Source: Candidatus Limnocylindria bacterium
Lineage (GTDB): Bacteria; Chloroflexota; Limnocylindria; P2-11E
Direction: 5' to 3'
Assembly (NCBI GenBank): GCA_036001645.1
Contig: DASYUC010000081.1
Coordinates: 21,325 to 85,324, forward strand
DNA: 64,000 nt
This document shows positions 9,576-18,698 of this stretch, in pieces (positions within the stretch are counted from its first letter, which is position 1; each line of letters starts with the position of its first letter). The notes below the pieces were generated by a model. It did no database searches. It worked only from the letters and a program-made list of their open reading frames with translations, and was not told the DNA's origin. The position numbers and the translations under genes are program-made.

Positions 9576-9995
9576 GTGGATGACATGTACCGCGACTACA
9601 TCCTCGATCACTACAAGAACCCGCGGAACCAGGGCCAGCTCGAGGGCGCGACGAACACGTACAGCGACTCGAACCCGCTCTGCGGCGACGAGCTCAGCAT
9701 GGCGCTGCGCATCGCTGACGACCGCGTCGCGGATGTACGCTTCAGTGGCAAGGGCTGCGCGATCTCGCAGGCGTCCGCTTCGATCCTCACCGAGGAGATC
9801 AAGGGGAAGACGCTCGACGAGATCAAGGCCATCGATCGCGATCACATACTGGAGAACCTCGGCATCCCGATCAGCCCAGCTCGCATCAAGTGCGCGCTGC
9901 TCAGCCTCAAGACGCTGAAGGGTGCGGCGTGGGGTCTGCCGGCGTGGCCAGACGAGGACGAGGCGAAGGCGCGCTCGGCCGGACAGGGGAGATAG
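9576..9995 (+). CDS. sufU: SufU/IscU-like sulfur acceptor/scaffold
   Basis: '[14 protein letters not shown]', 'NPLCGD', 'GKGCAIS' and 'RIKCALL' are present. GTG 9576 has GGAGG about 10 nt upstream. ATG 9585 is an alternative start. Confidence 0.85.
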   Translation: MDDMYRDYILDHYKNPRNQGQLEGATNTYSDSNPLCGDELSMALRIADDRVADVRFSGKGCAISQASASILTEEIKGKTLDEIKAIDRDHILENLGIPISPARIKCALLSLKTLKGAAWGLPAWPDEDEAKARSAGQGR

Positions 9996-9997
9996 CC

Positions 9998-11407
9998 ATG
10001 GCTACCGACGTTCGCGAACAGGTCCCGGACAACTACAAGTTCGGCTGGGAAGACAAGGACGCCGTCTACCGGAACGTCAAGAAGAAGGGCCTCAGCGAGG
10101 ACGTCGTCCGCGAGATCAGCCAGGACTACAAGCACGAGCCCGACTGGATGTTCCAGCGGCGACTGAAGGCGCTGAAGCACTACCGCACGCGTTCGATGCC
10201 GACCTGGGGCGCGGATCTCTCGGGCATCGACTTCGAGGACATCTACTACTACCTGAAGGCATCCGACGAGTCGAAGAAGAGCTGGAACGACGTTCCGGCC
10301 TACGTCAAGAGCACGTTCGACAAGCTTGGGATCCCGGAGGCCGAGCAGAAGTACCTCTCGGGCGTCGGAGCTCAGTACGACTCTGAATCCGTTTACCACA
10401 ACATCCGCAAGGACCTCGAGAAGCTCGGCGTCATCTTCATGGACACGGACACCGCGCTGAAGGAACACGAGGACATCGTGAAGCAGTACTTCGGCACGGT
10501 GATCCCGGCGAACGACAACAAGCTCGCCGCTCTGAACACCGCGGTCTGGTCCGGTGGCTCGTTCGTGTGGGTACCGCCGGGAGTGGAAGTCACGATGCCG
10601 CTGCAGGCGTACTTCCGCATCAACAGCGAGAACGCCGGCCAGTTCGAGCGCACGCTCATCATCGCCGAGCCCGGTTCGAAGGTGCACTACGTCGAGGGCT
10701 GCACCGCGCCCGTCTTCACGACGAACACGCTGCACAGCGCGGTCGTCGAGATCATCGTGAAGGAAGGCGCCGACGTCCGCTATACGACGATCCAGAACTG
10801 GAGCCACAACGTCTACAACCTCGTGACCAAGCGCGCCGTCGTTCAGCGGGGTGGCCGCATGAGCTGGATCGACGCGAACCTCGGCAGCAAGGTCACGATG
10901 AAGTACCCGAGCGTGTATCTCACCGGCGAGGGCGCGCACGGAGAGGTGCTGTCGGTGGCTTTTGCGGGCGACAACCAGCACCAGGATGCCGGAGCGAAGA
11001 TGATCCACGCCGCGCCGAACACCACATCGATCATCACCAGCAAGGGCATCAGCAAGGGCACCGGCATTCAGAGCTACCGCGGACTGGTGAAGATCTACGC
11101 GGGCTCACATGGCGCCAAGAGCACCGTGCGGTGCGACGCGCTCATGCTCGACGACACCGCTCGGAGCTCGACCTACCCCTACATGGAGATCGACGAGGAC
11201 GACGTGACCATCGGCCACGAGGCGTCCGTGTCCAAGGTCGGCGAGGAGCAGCTCTTCTACCTCATGAGCAGGGGGATGAGCGAGGCCGATGCCACCGCGA
11301 TGGTCGTGAACGGCTTCATAGAGCCGATCGTGAAGACGCTGCCGATGGACTACGCGATCGAGATGAACCGTCTGATCCAGCTCCAGATGGTGGGGGCGAT
11401 CGGCTGA
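9998..11407 (+). CDS. sufB: Fe-S cluster assembly protein SufB
   Basis: ATG 9998 lies just after the sufU stop. Length and motifs 'YKFGWEDK' and '[17 protein letters not shown]' are typical of SufB. Confidence 0.95.
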   Translation: MATDVREQVPDNYKFGWEDKDAVYRNVKKKGLSEDVVREISQDYKHEPDWMFQRRLKALKHYRTRSMPTWGADLSGIDFEDIYYYLKASDESKKSWNDVPAYVKSTFDKLGIPEAEQKYLSGVGAQYDSESVYHNIRKDLEKLGVIFMDTDTALKEHEDIVKQYFGTVIPANDNKLAALNTAVWSGGSFVWVPPGVEVTMPLQAYFRINSENAGQFERTLIIAEPGSKVHYVEGCTAPVFTTNTLHSAVVEIIVKEGADVRYTTIQNWSHNVYNLVTKRAVVQRGGRMSWIDANLGSKVTMKYPSVYLTGEGAHGEVLSVAFAGDNQHQDAGAKMIHAAPNTTSIITSKGISKGTGIQSYRGLVKIYAGSHGAKSTVRCDALMLDDTARSSTYPYMEIDEDDVTIGHEASVSKVGEEQLFYLMSRGMSEADATAMVVNGFIEPIVKTLPMDYAIEMNRLIQLQMVGAIG

Positions 11408-11418
11408 GCCTCGCCGCT

Positions 11419-12687
11419 GTGGCCGCACCGTCATTGCCGCTCGACCGCGCAACGGTCGAGCGGCTCAGTGTTGGGCGGGGTGAGCCCGGCTGGCTGCTCG
11501 CGGACCGTCTCGCGGCTCTCGAGCGCTTCGAGGCGGCGACGTGGCCGACGGGTCAGGAAGAGGAGTGGCGGCGCTTTCCCCTGAAGGACCTCCCGCGAGT
11601 CGAAACGACCGAGCTCCTCGGTGTCACGCACCCGCCGAGCGAGTACGGCTCCGTGCCGGTCGACGCGTCCCACAAGGGCCTCGTGTTCGACCGTTGGTCC
11701 TCCGCGGTGCGCGATCATCCCGAGCTCGTGCGCCGCTGGCTTCCCGACGGGGGCGGCATGCCGAGCCACGACGTGTTCCGCGCCTGGGCCGGCGCGCTCT
11801 ACGGGCACGGCAGCACGTTCCTGTACGTTCCCGCTGGCCTGCACGTCGAGCTGCCGCTGATGGTGCACAAGCGCTGGGCCGCGGGCACCGCGCCGATCGT
11901 ATTCCGCACGCTGGTCGTGGCCGAGGAGGGTTCGTCGGTGACGCTGCTCGAGGAGCTTTCGTCCGAGGGCGGCGGCTCTGGCCGCGTCGCGGTCCCCTCG
12001 GTCGAGGTGCGCGCCGGCCCCGGCGCGACGGTCCGCTACGTCGGCATCCAGCGCTACAGCGATGACGTGTGGGAGCTCGGGCAGCAGCGAAACATCTCGG
12101 AGCGCGACAGCGTGCTGGCCAACTTCAACGTGCTCGTGGGCAGCAAGCGAACGAAGCTCGGCGTCGAGTCGGACATCCGCGGGAACGGCGCGATGGTCAA
12201 GCTCTACGGCCTCGTCGCTGGGGGAGACGCGCAGCGCATCGACGTCAACTCGTTCCAGCGCGTCGATGGCAAGGCGTCGACCAGCGATCTGCTCTATCTC
12301 TCGGCGTTGTACGAGTCCGCACACGCGATCTTCTACGGCGTCATTCGTGTCGAGCCGACGTCGAGCGCGACCGGCTCGTACCAGGAGTGCCGCAACATGC
12401 TGCTGTCCAACAAGGCGGGCGCGGATCCGATCCCGGTGCTCGAGATCCTCACCAACGATGTCGCGCGGTGCGGCCACGGGGCGACCGCGGGACGCATCGA
12501 CGACACCGAGCTCTTCTACATCATGTCGCGCGGACTGGACCGCTCCACCGCGGAGCAGCTCCTCGTGCGCGGATTCTTCCAGCGCGTCGTCAACGACATC
12601 CCCGACGTGCAGGTCCGTGCGCGTGTGATCGGCGCGCTCGCGCCGCGGATCGGCCGCATCGCCGAGGTCGAGGGGGCGGCGGCGTGA
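11419..12687 (+). CDS. sufD: Fe-S cluster assembly protein SufD
   Basis: This is the C-terminal part of ORF 10567..12687. The 'EEWRRFPL' N-terminal region and the SufB/D beta-helix C-terminus 'GHGATAGRIDDTELFYIMSRGL' are present. The start is uncertain: GTG 11419, or CTG 11404 overlapping the sufB stop. Confidence 0.85.
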   Translation: MAAPSLPLDRATVERLSVGRGEPGWLLADRLAALERFEAATWPTGQEEEWRRFPLKDLPRVETTELLGVTHPPSEYGSVPVDASHKGLVFDRWSSAVRDHPELVRRWLPDGGGMPSHDVFRAWAGALYGHGSTFLYVPAGLHVELPLMVHKRWAAGTAPIVFRTLVVAEEGSSVTLLEELSSEGGGSGRVAVPSVEVRAGPGATVRYVGIQRYSDDVWELGQQRNISERDSVLANFNVLVGSKRTKLGVESDIRGNGAMVKLYGLVAGGDAQRIDVNSFQRVDGKASTSDLLYLSALYESAHAIFYGVIRVEPTSSATGSYQECRNMLLSNKAGADPIPVLEILTNDVARCGHGATAGRIDDTELFYIMSRGLDRSTAEQLLVRGFFQRVVNDIPDVQVRARVIGALAPRIGRIAEVEGAAA

Positions 12688-13025
12688 ATCGATACGTCCC
12701 CGTCGCGAAGGTCGCGGATATCCCGCCGGGCGAAGTCTGTGTCGTCGAGGCCGATGGCAGGAGCCTCTGCGTCGGGCACTGCGAGGACGGATCCTGGGGC
12801 GCGATCGACAACGTCTGCACGCACGACGGCGGCATCCTGGGTGAGGGCGAGCTCGAGGATTGCCTGGTGGAGTGCCCGCGGCACGGCGCGCGCTTCGACC
12901 TGCTCACCGGCGAGGTGAAAGCGCTGCCAGCCGTGTTCCCCGTGAATGCGTACCCGGTGCGCGTCGTGGGCGACCAGGTCGAAGTCGACATCGGCGTCCC
13001 GACGCGGGAGCTGGAGATCGGCTAG
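12684..13025 (+). CDS. Rieske [2Fe-2S] ferredoxin-like protein
   Basis: GTGA overlap with sufD. Rieske ligand boxes 'CTHDGG' and 'CPRHGARF' are present. Confidence 0.85.
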   Translation: MNRYVPVAKVADIPPGEVCVVEADGRSLCVGHCEDGSWGAIDNVCTHDGGILGEGELEDCLVECPRHGARFDLLTGEVKALPAVFPVNAYPVRVVGDQVEVDIGVPTRELEIG

Positions 13026-13036
13026 GGGCCCCATGT

Positions 13037-13071
13037 GGCGTAAATAGTCCGGTAACGGTATATTTACGCCA
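13037..13071 (+). promoter_or_regulatory. Perfect 11-bp inverted repeat TGGCGTAAATA-N14-TATTTACGCCA with embedded TATATT, abutting the ATG at 13071
   Basis: Read directly: 13036-13046 is the reverse complement of 13061-13071. TATATT at 13059-13064 lies 6 nt from the start codon. The region is locally AT-rich in a GC-rich genome. Confidence 0.4.
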
Positions 13072-13751
13072 TGCGAAGCCTGAAGCTCGTCAGCGTGGCC
13101 GACGCGGCCACGCGTCTTGGCCTGAGTGAGCGTCGCGTACGAGCTCTCGCAGCCAAGGGCCAAGTGCCAGCCCAAAAGATCGCGAACCGCTGGTTCGTCG
13201 AAGTGGACCGGCTAAGCGAACGGCGTCGGAGCGCGGGAGCGAGAGGACGGCCATTCTCGGATCGGCACGCGCTGGGCCTTCTGTTCCTTGCATCGGGCGA
13301 GGATCCGCAGTGGCTTTCCGCGTATGAGAAGTGGCGTCTACGACGATACGCGTTGCCGCGCCTATCTGACCTCATACCGCGGCTCAACCAACGGGCGGGT
13401 GTGCACTCCGTCCGCGCTCCGGAATCCCTCGTGAAGCGCCTTGCCAACGATCCAAATTTCATTCGCTCTGGAGTCAGCGCCGCCGATCATTACCGGGCCG
13501 ACATCTCAAGTCGGTCGGTCCTTGATGGCTATTACAAGGAGCGCGCCTTCAAAAACTTGGTCTACCGGTACGCCCTCCAGCCCGTCCCGGAGGGAGAGGC
13601 AAATCTTGTCGTTCGCGGAATTGAGGACGACACGGCCCTCTCGCGGCGCCAGTTCATGCCGGTCGCAGTGGTGGCCGCCGACCTCGCGGACTCGGCCGAC
13701 GCGCGGACGCGGCGGGCCGGCATGCAACTCATGCGCGGGCTACTGTCGTGA
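13071..13751 (+). CDS. Helix-turn-helix (excisionase/MerR-like) DNA-binding protein with C-terminal domain; putative AbiEi-like antitoxin
   Basis: The N-terminus 'VSVADAATRLGLSERRVRALAAKGQVPAQKIANRWFV' is a typical excisionase-family HTH. The gene has a 4-nt overlap with the downstream nucleotidyltransferase gene. A/T-ending codons are visibly more frequent than in neighbouring genes. Confidence 0.6.
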   Translation: MRSLKLVSVADAATRLGLSERRVRALAAKGQVPAQKIANRWFVEVDRLSERRRSAGARGRPFSDRHALGLLFLASGEDPQWLSAYEKWRLRRYALPRLSDLIPRLNQRAGVHSVRAPESLVKRLANDPNFIRSGVSAADHYRADISSRSVLDGYYKERAFKNLVYRYALQPVPEGEANLVVRGIEDDTALSRRQFMPVAVVAADLADSADARTRRAGMQLMRGLLS

Positions 13752-14485
13752 TCCTGCTCCCGGTCGAAACTGAGCGCGAGCGTGACGTGTGGCGGACGCT
13801 GCTAGACATCGCGGAGCGGGAACATCGATGGACGGTGATCGGAGCCCGGATGGTCGAGCTACACGCCGTCGAACGAGGACGCGAACTGCGGCGATCGAGC
13901 CTGGACGGCGACGCGCTAGGTGATGCGCGTGCGCGTCCGAACCCGGTGCGCAGGATCGCGCAACTGCTCACCGACGCGGGCTTCGACCTTCAAAACGTCG
14001 CCGTCATGGGCACCGGGCATACGTTCGTGAAAGGCGGCGTCGAGATCGATCTGCTCGCCCCAGAAAACCTCGGAGTCAATTCCGTGCGCGACCGAACGAC
14101 GATTCCGCCGCTTCACACGGTCGAGGTGCCCGGCGGCCGGCAGGCGCTCGATCGCAGCGAGTGGGTCGAGGTTGATGTCGCTGGACGACGCGGTCGCTTG
14201 CCGCGGCTCAATTTACTCGGTGCGATCCTGCTCAAGGCGCGGGCCGTCGATGTGGACGACGAACAGGAGAGTCAGCGGCTCGATCTCGCGCTCCTTCTAA
14301 GTCTGGTGGATGAGCCTGACGCACTATTCACGGAGCTGCGCGCGCGCGAGCATCTTTGGCTTAGGAGCCGAGCCGAAATGAATGATGAGAATGCCGACTG
14401 CTGGATCGGCCTAAGCGATACCGACATCCAGAAGGGCCTGGTAGCACTGAGGACCCTTGCGCGCCTGCCCTCGCCGGAGGCCTGA
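13748..14485 (+). CDS. Nucleotidyltransferase-fold protein; putative AbiEii-like toxin
   Basis: GTGA overlap with the HTH gene. 'IGARMVELHAVERGRELRRSSLDGDAL' resembles the G-x-A...R-x-[ST]-x-D-x-D NTase motif of AbiEii/DUF1814-type proteins. The assignment rests on motif only. Confidence 0.5.
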   Translation: MILLPVETERERDVWRTLLDIAEREHRWTVIGARMVELHAVERGRELRRSSLDGDALGDARARPNPVRRIAQLLTDAGFDLQNVAVMGTGHTFVKGGVEIDLLAPENLGVNSVRDRTTIPPLHTVEVPGGRQALDRSEWVEVDVAGRRGRLPRLNLLGAILLKARAVDVDDEQESQRLDLALLLSLVDEPDALFTELRAREHLWLRSRAEMNDENADCWIGLSDTDIQKGLVALRTLARLPSPEA

Positions 14486-14550
14486 TCCAGCCAAGGAGGC
14501 AGTGGCATCGCTTGTGCTCCCTTCCAGAGGCAAACTCAGCGGAGGTTCCC

Positions 14551-14742
14551 ATGGAAGAGCGCAAGATCGTCGAGAAGCGCACCGAGGTCACGCGCGAAGA
14601 CGTGACCGAACCGAAGACGACGAACGTCAACATCGGTCCGGATGGCACCACGCAGGTCGAGGAGGAGTCCGAGATCGTCGAGGAGCCGGTCGAGTCGACG
14701 ATCATCACTCAGGAGAAGACCGTCAAGAAGGACATGCGCTAA
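14551..14742 (+). CDS. Small acidic hypothetical protein (63 aa)
   Basis: GGAGG at 14541-14545 lies 5 nt before the ATG. Third-codon positions are strongly G/C in this frame. No family was recognised. Confidence 0.5.
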   Translation: MEERKIVEKRTEVTREDVTEPKTTNVNIGPDGTTQVEEESEIVEEPVESTIITQEKTVKKDMR

Positions 14743-14800
14743 AAGAGCAGGGGGCCCTTCCGGCGGTATCCTCAGCCCGAACACGCGCCGGGAGGGCCTC

Positions 14801-15004
14801 TTGATCAGCAGCGCCGCTCGCGACCGGATCAAGCTCGCCATCGACCAGCTCGAGGAAGCGTTCCATCGCTACGACGAACGGTCGAACCAGGACACCAACG
14901 AGTCGTACGAGGCCGCCCTGGAGCGCGGCAAGGCGATGGGCTACCAGGAAGCTGCGCACGTCGTGAAGACCGCGCTCCACGACATCGACGTCAAGAGCCT
15001 CTAA
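14801..15004 (+). CDS. Small helical hypothetical protein (67 aa)
   Basis: GGAGG at 14791-14795 lies 5 nt before TTG 14801. GC3 is high in this frame. No family was recognised. Confidence 0.4.
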   Translation: MISSAARDRIKLAIDQLEEAFHRYDERSNQDTNESYEAALERGKAMGYQEAAHVVKTALHDIDVKSL

Positions 15005-15018
15005 ATGCGGCACTCGCG

Positions 15019-15300
15019 ATGATCACTGCGGTCGTGCTCATCACCGCCGAGCGCGGGGCACTTCCGAAGGTCGGTGAGGACCTCGCCGCCGTGCCGGGCG
15101 TCTCCGAGGTGTACTCGGTGACCGGCGAGATCGATTTCGTCGCGATGGTCCGTGCGCGCGAGCACGAGGAGCTCGCCGACATCGTCACCCGGCGCATCGC
15201 TCAGGTGCCGGGCGTCGCGCGCACCCACACCCACGTCGCGTTCCGGGCGTACTCGAAGCTGGATCTCGAGAGCGTGTTCGGACTGGGCAGCCCGCGCTGA
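15019..15300 (+). CDS. Stand-alone Lrp/AsnC ligand-binding (RAM) domain protein
   Basis: A 93-aa alpha/beta sandwich pattern 'AVVLITAE...VPGVSEVYSVTGEIDFVAMVRA...EELADIVTRRIAQVPGVARTHTHVAF' is present. There is no HTH domain. Confidence 0.75.
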   Translation: MITAVVLITAERGALPKVGEDLAAVPGVSEVYSVTGEIDFVAMVRAREHEELADIVTRRIAQVPGVARTHTHVAFRAYSKLDLESVFGLGSPR

Positions 15301-15330
15301 GACGCCGCGCCGTCGCCTAAACTCGGCCTG

Positions 15331-17826
15331 ATGCAGGCCGTGGTCATGGCCGGCGGCGAGGGGAGCCGCCTGCGCCCCCTGACGATCAATCGGCCGAAGC
15401 CGATGGTCTCGATCGTCAATAAGCCATGCCTGGGACACATCTTCGATCTCCTCCAGCGGCACGGCATCAACGACGCGTTCGTCACGCTGCAATATCTCGC
15501 GTCCCAGATCCAGGACAGCTTCGGCGACGGCGGCGCGATCGGGATGCGACTCAAGTACAGCGTCGAGGAGTCGCCGCTCGGGACCGGCGGCTCCGTCCGT
15601 CAGGTCGGCGCCCTCGACGACACGTTCATCGTCATCTCCGGCGACGCGCTGACCGACATCGACCTGTCGAAGGTCATCGCGTTCCACCGCGAGCGCAAGG
15701 CCGCCGTAACGCTCACGCTCTACCACGTCGCGAACCCGCTCGAGTACGGCGTCGTCATCACCGGCGAGGACGGGAGGATCTCGAAGTTCCTCGAGAAGCC
15801 GTCGTGGGGCGAGGTCTTCTCGGACACGATCAACACCGGCATCTACGTCATCGAGCCGCGGGTGCTCGAGCGGTACAAGCCGGGCGAGGCGTTCGACTTC
15901 AGCAAGGATCTGTTCCCGGCGCTCCTCCGGGAAGGCGAGCCGCTGTACGGCTACGTCGCCTCGGGGTACTGGACCGACATCGGATCGATCTCCGAATACG
16001 CGCGCGCGAATGCGGATCTCCTGCACGGGCGTCTGACGGCGCCGCCGCTCGGCCGCGAGCTCCTTCCCGGCGTGTTCACCAACGGCGACGTCGAGATCGA
16101 CGAGTCCGCGCGCATCACCGGTCCGGTCTATCTCGGGAACGGCGTGAAGATCGGACCCCACGTCGAGATCGTCGGACCGACCGTCCTGCGCGATTACGTG
16201 ACCGTCGACGTCGGCGCGGTGGTCGACCGGTCGATCGTGTGGCGCAACAGCTACGTCGGCGAGCGGGCGGAGCTGCACGGCACGATCGTCGGCCGGCAGT
16301 GCGCGTTGAAGTCGGGCGTGACGCTCGAAGAGGGCAGCGTCATCGGGGACCACTGCATCGTCAATGACAACGCTCGCGTCCGCAGTCAGGTGAAGATCTG
16401 GCCGGACAAGCAGATCGAGAGCGGTGCGGTCGTCGGCGCGAGCCTCATCTGGGGCTCGCAGGGGCGCCGCGCGCTGTTCGGCCGATTCGGCGTCACGGGC
16501 CTCGTGAACATCGACCTCACGCCGGAGTTCTGCGCCCGGCTCGGCGCCGCGTACGCGTCGACGCTGCCGGAGGGCACGACCGTCACGATGAACCGCGACC
16601 AGCATCGGTCCAGCCGCATGCTCAAGCGCGCGCTCATGGGCGGGATCGTCTCCGCCGGCGTCCACGTCGCCGACCTCTTGCAGGCGCCGCTGCCGATCGG
16701 GCGGCATCACACGCGGCGTATCGGCGCGGGCGGCGGCGTCCACGTCCGTGTATCTCCTTTCGATGCGCGCGTGTGCGACGTCAAGTTCTTCGACCGTCAG
16801 GCGCTGGACATGGACAAGGCGCAGGAACGCAAGGTGGAGACCGTGTTCTTCCGCGAAGACATCAGGCGTGTCGGCTACGCGGACGTTGGCCGGATCTTCG
16901 AGTCGCAGCGCGTCGGCGAGGCGTACAGCGAGGGGTTCCTGGCCGAGATCGTTCACCGCAAGGAGATCGCGGAGCGCAACTTCAAGATCGTCGTCAACTA
17001 CTCGCACGGCACCGCCGCGCAGTTCCTGCCACCTCTGCTCAACACCCTGGGGATCGAGCTCATCGCGATCAACGGAGTCGTGTCGGAGGATGTCGGAGCC
17101 CGCTCCTTCGATGAGTTCCAGAACGAGAAGCGCGAGCTGGCCGCGATCGTGTCGGCTCTGTCGGCATCCGCGGGCGTGATCATCGACGCCGGAGGCGAGA
17201 AGGTCTTCTTCGTCGACGACGAGGGACGCAGCATCAGCGACATGCATTTCCTTGCCGCGTTCGTCGCGTTGTCCGCGCGCGTCACCCCTGGCGTGGTGGC
17301 CGTTCCCGTCTACGCCCCGTCGGACATCGAGCGCGCTGTCGCCGAGGTCGGCGGCAAGGTGCAGCGCGTCCGCGCCTCGGCCGAGGCGCAGATGAGCCTG
17401 GCCGCGCGCGAGCATCCGCTCGTCGTTGGCGACGGCGTCGGCGGATTCATCTTCTCGCGCTTCCATCCGTCGTACGACGGGCTGTTCGCGACGGTACGCC
17501 TGCTGGAGCTCCTGGCCGTCACCGGCAAGTCGCTTTCGGAGGTCATGGACGAGACACCGCCGGCGAACGTTGCCCGCCTCCAGGTGCCGTGCGAATGGGA
17601 GCGCAAGGGCCGCGTGATGCGCGTGCTCGCGCAGGACCCGCGCACCGAGCAGACGCGGCAGATCGACGGCGTGAAGCACCAGAGCGATGGAGAATGGGTG
17701 CTCGTGCTGCCGGACGGAGACCGCCCGCTGTTCAACGTGTACGCCGAGGCCAAGGACGAGGCGCGCGCCTGGTCGCTCGCGCAGGAATACGCCGACCGTC
17801 TCACACAGCTGCGGGCCGAGGCTTGA
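15331..17826 (+). CDS. Bifunctional sugar-1-phosphate nucleotidyltransferase (mannose-1-P guanylyltransferase-like) / phosphomannomutase-phosphoglucomutase family protein
   Basis: The N-terminus '[22 protein letters not shown]' is an NTP-transferase motif. It is followed by left-handed beta-helix hexapeptide repeats and a C-terminal PGM/PMM-like region. Total length is 831 aa. Confidence 0.85.
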   Translation: MQAVVMAGGEGSRLRPLTINRPKPMVSIVNKPCLGHIFDLLQRHGINDAFVTLQYLASQIQDSFGDGGAIGMRLKYSVEESPLGTGGSVRQVGALDDTFIVISGDALTDIDLSKVIAFHRERKAAVTLTLYHVANPLEYGVVITGEDGRISKFLEKPSWGEVFSDTINTGIYVIEPRVLERYKPGEAFDFSKDLFPALLREGEPLYGYVASGYWTDIGSISEYARANADLLHGRLTAPPLGRELLPGVFTNGDVEIDESARITGPVYLGNGVKIGPHVEIVGPTVLRDYVTVDVGAVVDRSIVWRNSYVGERAELHGTIVGRQCALKSGVTLEEGSVIGDHCIVNDNARVRSQVKIWPDKQIESGAVVGASLIWGSQGRRALFGRFGVTGLVNIDLTPEFCARLGAAYASTLPEGTTVTMNRDQHRSSRMLKRALMGGIVSAGVHVADLLQAPLPIGRHHTRRIGAGGGVHVRVSPFDARVCDVKFFDRQALDMDKAQERKVETVFFREDIRRVGYADVGRIFESQRVGEAYSEGFLAEIVHRKEIAERNFKIVVNYSHGTAAQFLPPLLNTLGIELIAINGVVSEDVGARSFDEFQNEKRELAAIVSALSASAGVIIDAGGEKVFFVDDEGRSISDMHFLAAFVALSARVTPGVVAVPVYAPSDIERAVAEVGGKVQRVRASAEAQMSLAAREHPLVVGDGVGGFIFSRFHPSYDGLFATVRLLELLAVTGKSLSEVMDETPPANVARLQVPCEWERKGRVMRVLAQDPRTEQTRQIDGVKHQSDGEWVLVLPDGDRPLFNVYAEAKDEARAWSLAQEYADRLTQLRAEA

Positions 17827-18698
17827 CCGTCCGCGTCGCGATCGCACAGTGCGCGCCCGCGCTCGGCGCCTTCAGACGCAACGTCGCGATGCACGAGGAG
17901 TGGATCGGGCGAGCGCAGAGCGCCCGCGCCCGCCTGGTGGTCTTCCCCGAGCTTTCGCTTACCGGCTACTACCTGAAGGACCTCGCAGGCGACATCGCGT
18001 GCGCGGTCGACGACGAGCGGCTGAAGCCGATCGCCGACGCATCCCGCCGCATCGACGTGTGCGCCGGCTTTGTCGAGCGCGCCGCCGATGCCCGCCTGCA
18101 CATCGCGCAGGGGTACTGGTCCGGTGGTCGCCTGGTGCATGTGCACCGCAAGGTCTACCTGCCGACGTACGGGATCTTCGACGACGGCCGCTACTTCGGG
18201 CCGGGCGAGCGCTTCGACGTGTTCGAGAGCGTGACCGGGCCCACGGGTCTCGCGATCTGCGAAGACCTCTGGCACATCTCCGTGCCCTACGTGTATGCCG
18301 CGACGGGCGCGACCGTCGTGCTGTCGCCGGCGTCGAGTCCCGGACGCGGTGTCGCCGAGGGCGGCGACCTCGGTACCGCGGAGTCGTGCCGGCTCATGGA
18401 CCGCTTCTACGCGCAGTACCTGACGCTCTACGTGCTCTTCGCGAACCGCGTCGGGCTCGAGGATGGCATCGCCTTCTGGGGAGGATCCGAGGTCGTCGCG
18501 CCCGACGGCACGGTCGTCGCGCGCGCGCCGGAGTTCGAGGAGCACCTCCTTGTCGCGGAGATCGACCCCGACCTCGTCGCGCGCGAGCGCGACCGCAATC
18601 CGCTCATCCGCGACGAGCGGCCCGATCTCGTGCAGAGCCATCTCGCGCGGCGAACGAGACTGGTGCGCGCGCCCGACGTCGCGGCGGAGCGCTCGTGA
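17823..18698 (+). CDS. Carbon-nitrogen hydrolase (nitrilase superfamily); probable glutaminase partner of NadE
   Basis: TTG 17823 overlaps the upstream TGA. Glu-Lys-Cys triad contexts '[11 protein letters not shown]', 'HRKVYLP' and 'LAICEDLWH' are present. GTGA overlap with nadE. Confidence 0.8.
   Translation: MTVRVAIAQCAPALGAFRRNVAMHEEWIGRAQSARARLVVFPELSLTGYYLKDLAGDIACAVDDERLKPIADASRRIDVCAGFVERAADARLHIAQGYWSGGRLVHVHRKVYLPTYGIFDDGRYFGPGERFDVFESVTGPTGLAICEDLWHISVPYVYAATGATVVLSPASSPGRGVAEGGDLGTAESCRLMDRFYAQYLTLYVLFANRVGLEDGIAFWGGSEVVAPDGTVVARAPEFEEHLLVAEIDPDLVARERDRNPLIRDERPDLVQSHLARRTRLVRAPDVAAERS

Noticed and set aside
11404-11406. CTG start for sufD overlapping the sufB stop
   Set aside because: A canonical in-frame GTG exists 15 nt downstream (11419), and nothing conserved is lost by using it. 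CTG is kept only as an alternative.
14502-14804. Alternative frame ORF after the AAGGAGG at 14493-14499 (part of ORF 14457-14804)
   Set aside because: The translation is Arg/His/Gly/Asp low-complexity. The overlapping frame starting at ATG 14551 has its own SD, far better G/C third-position bias and a protein-like sequence.
15001-17847. 948-aa ORF on the minus strand
   Set aside because: It is exactly antisense to the well-supported nucleotidyltransferase/phosphomutase gene (15331-17826). The translation is Arg/Asp/His/Leu-rich with no family motifs. Long stop-free antisense frames are expected in very GC-rich DNA.
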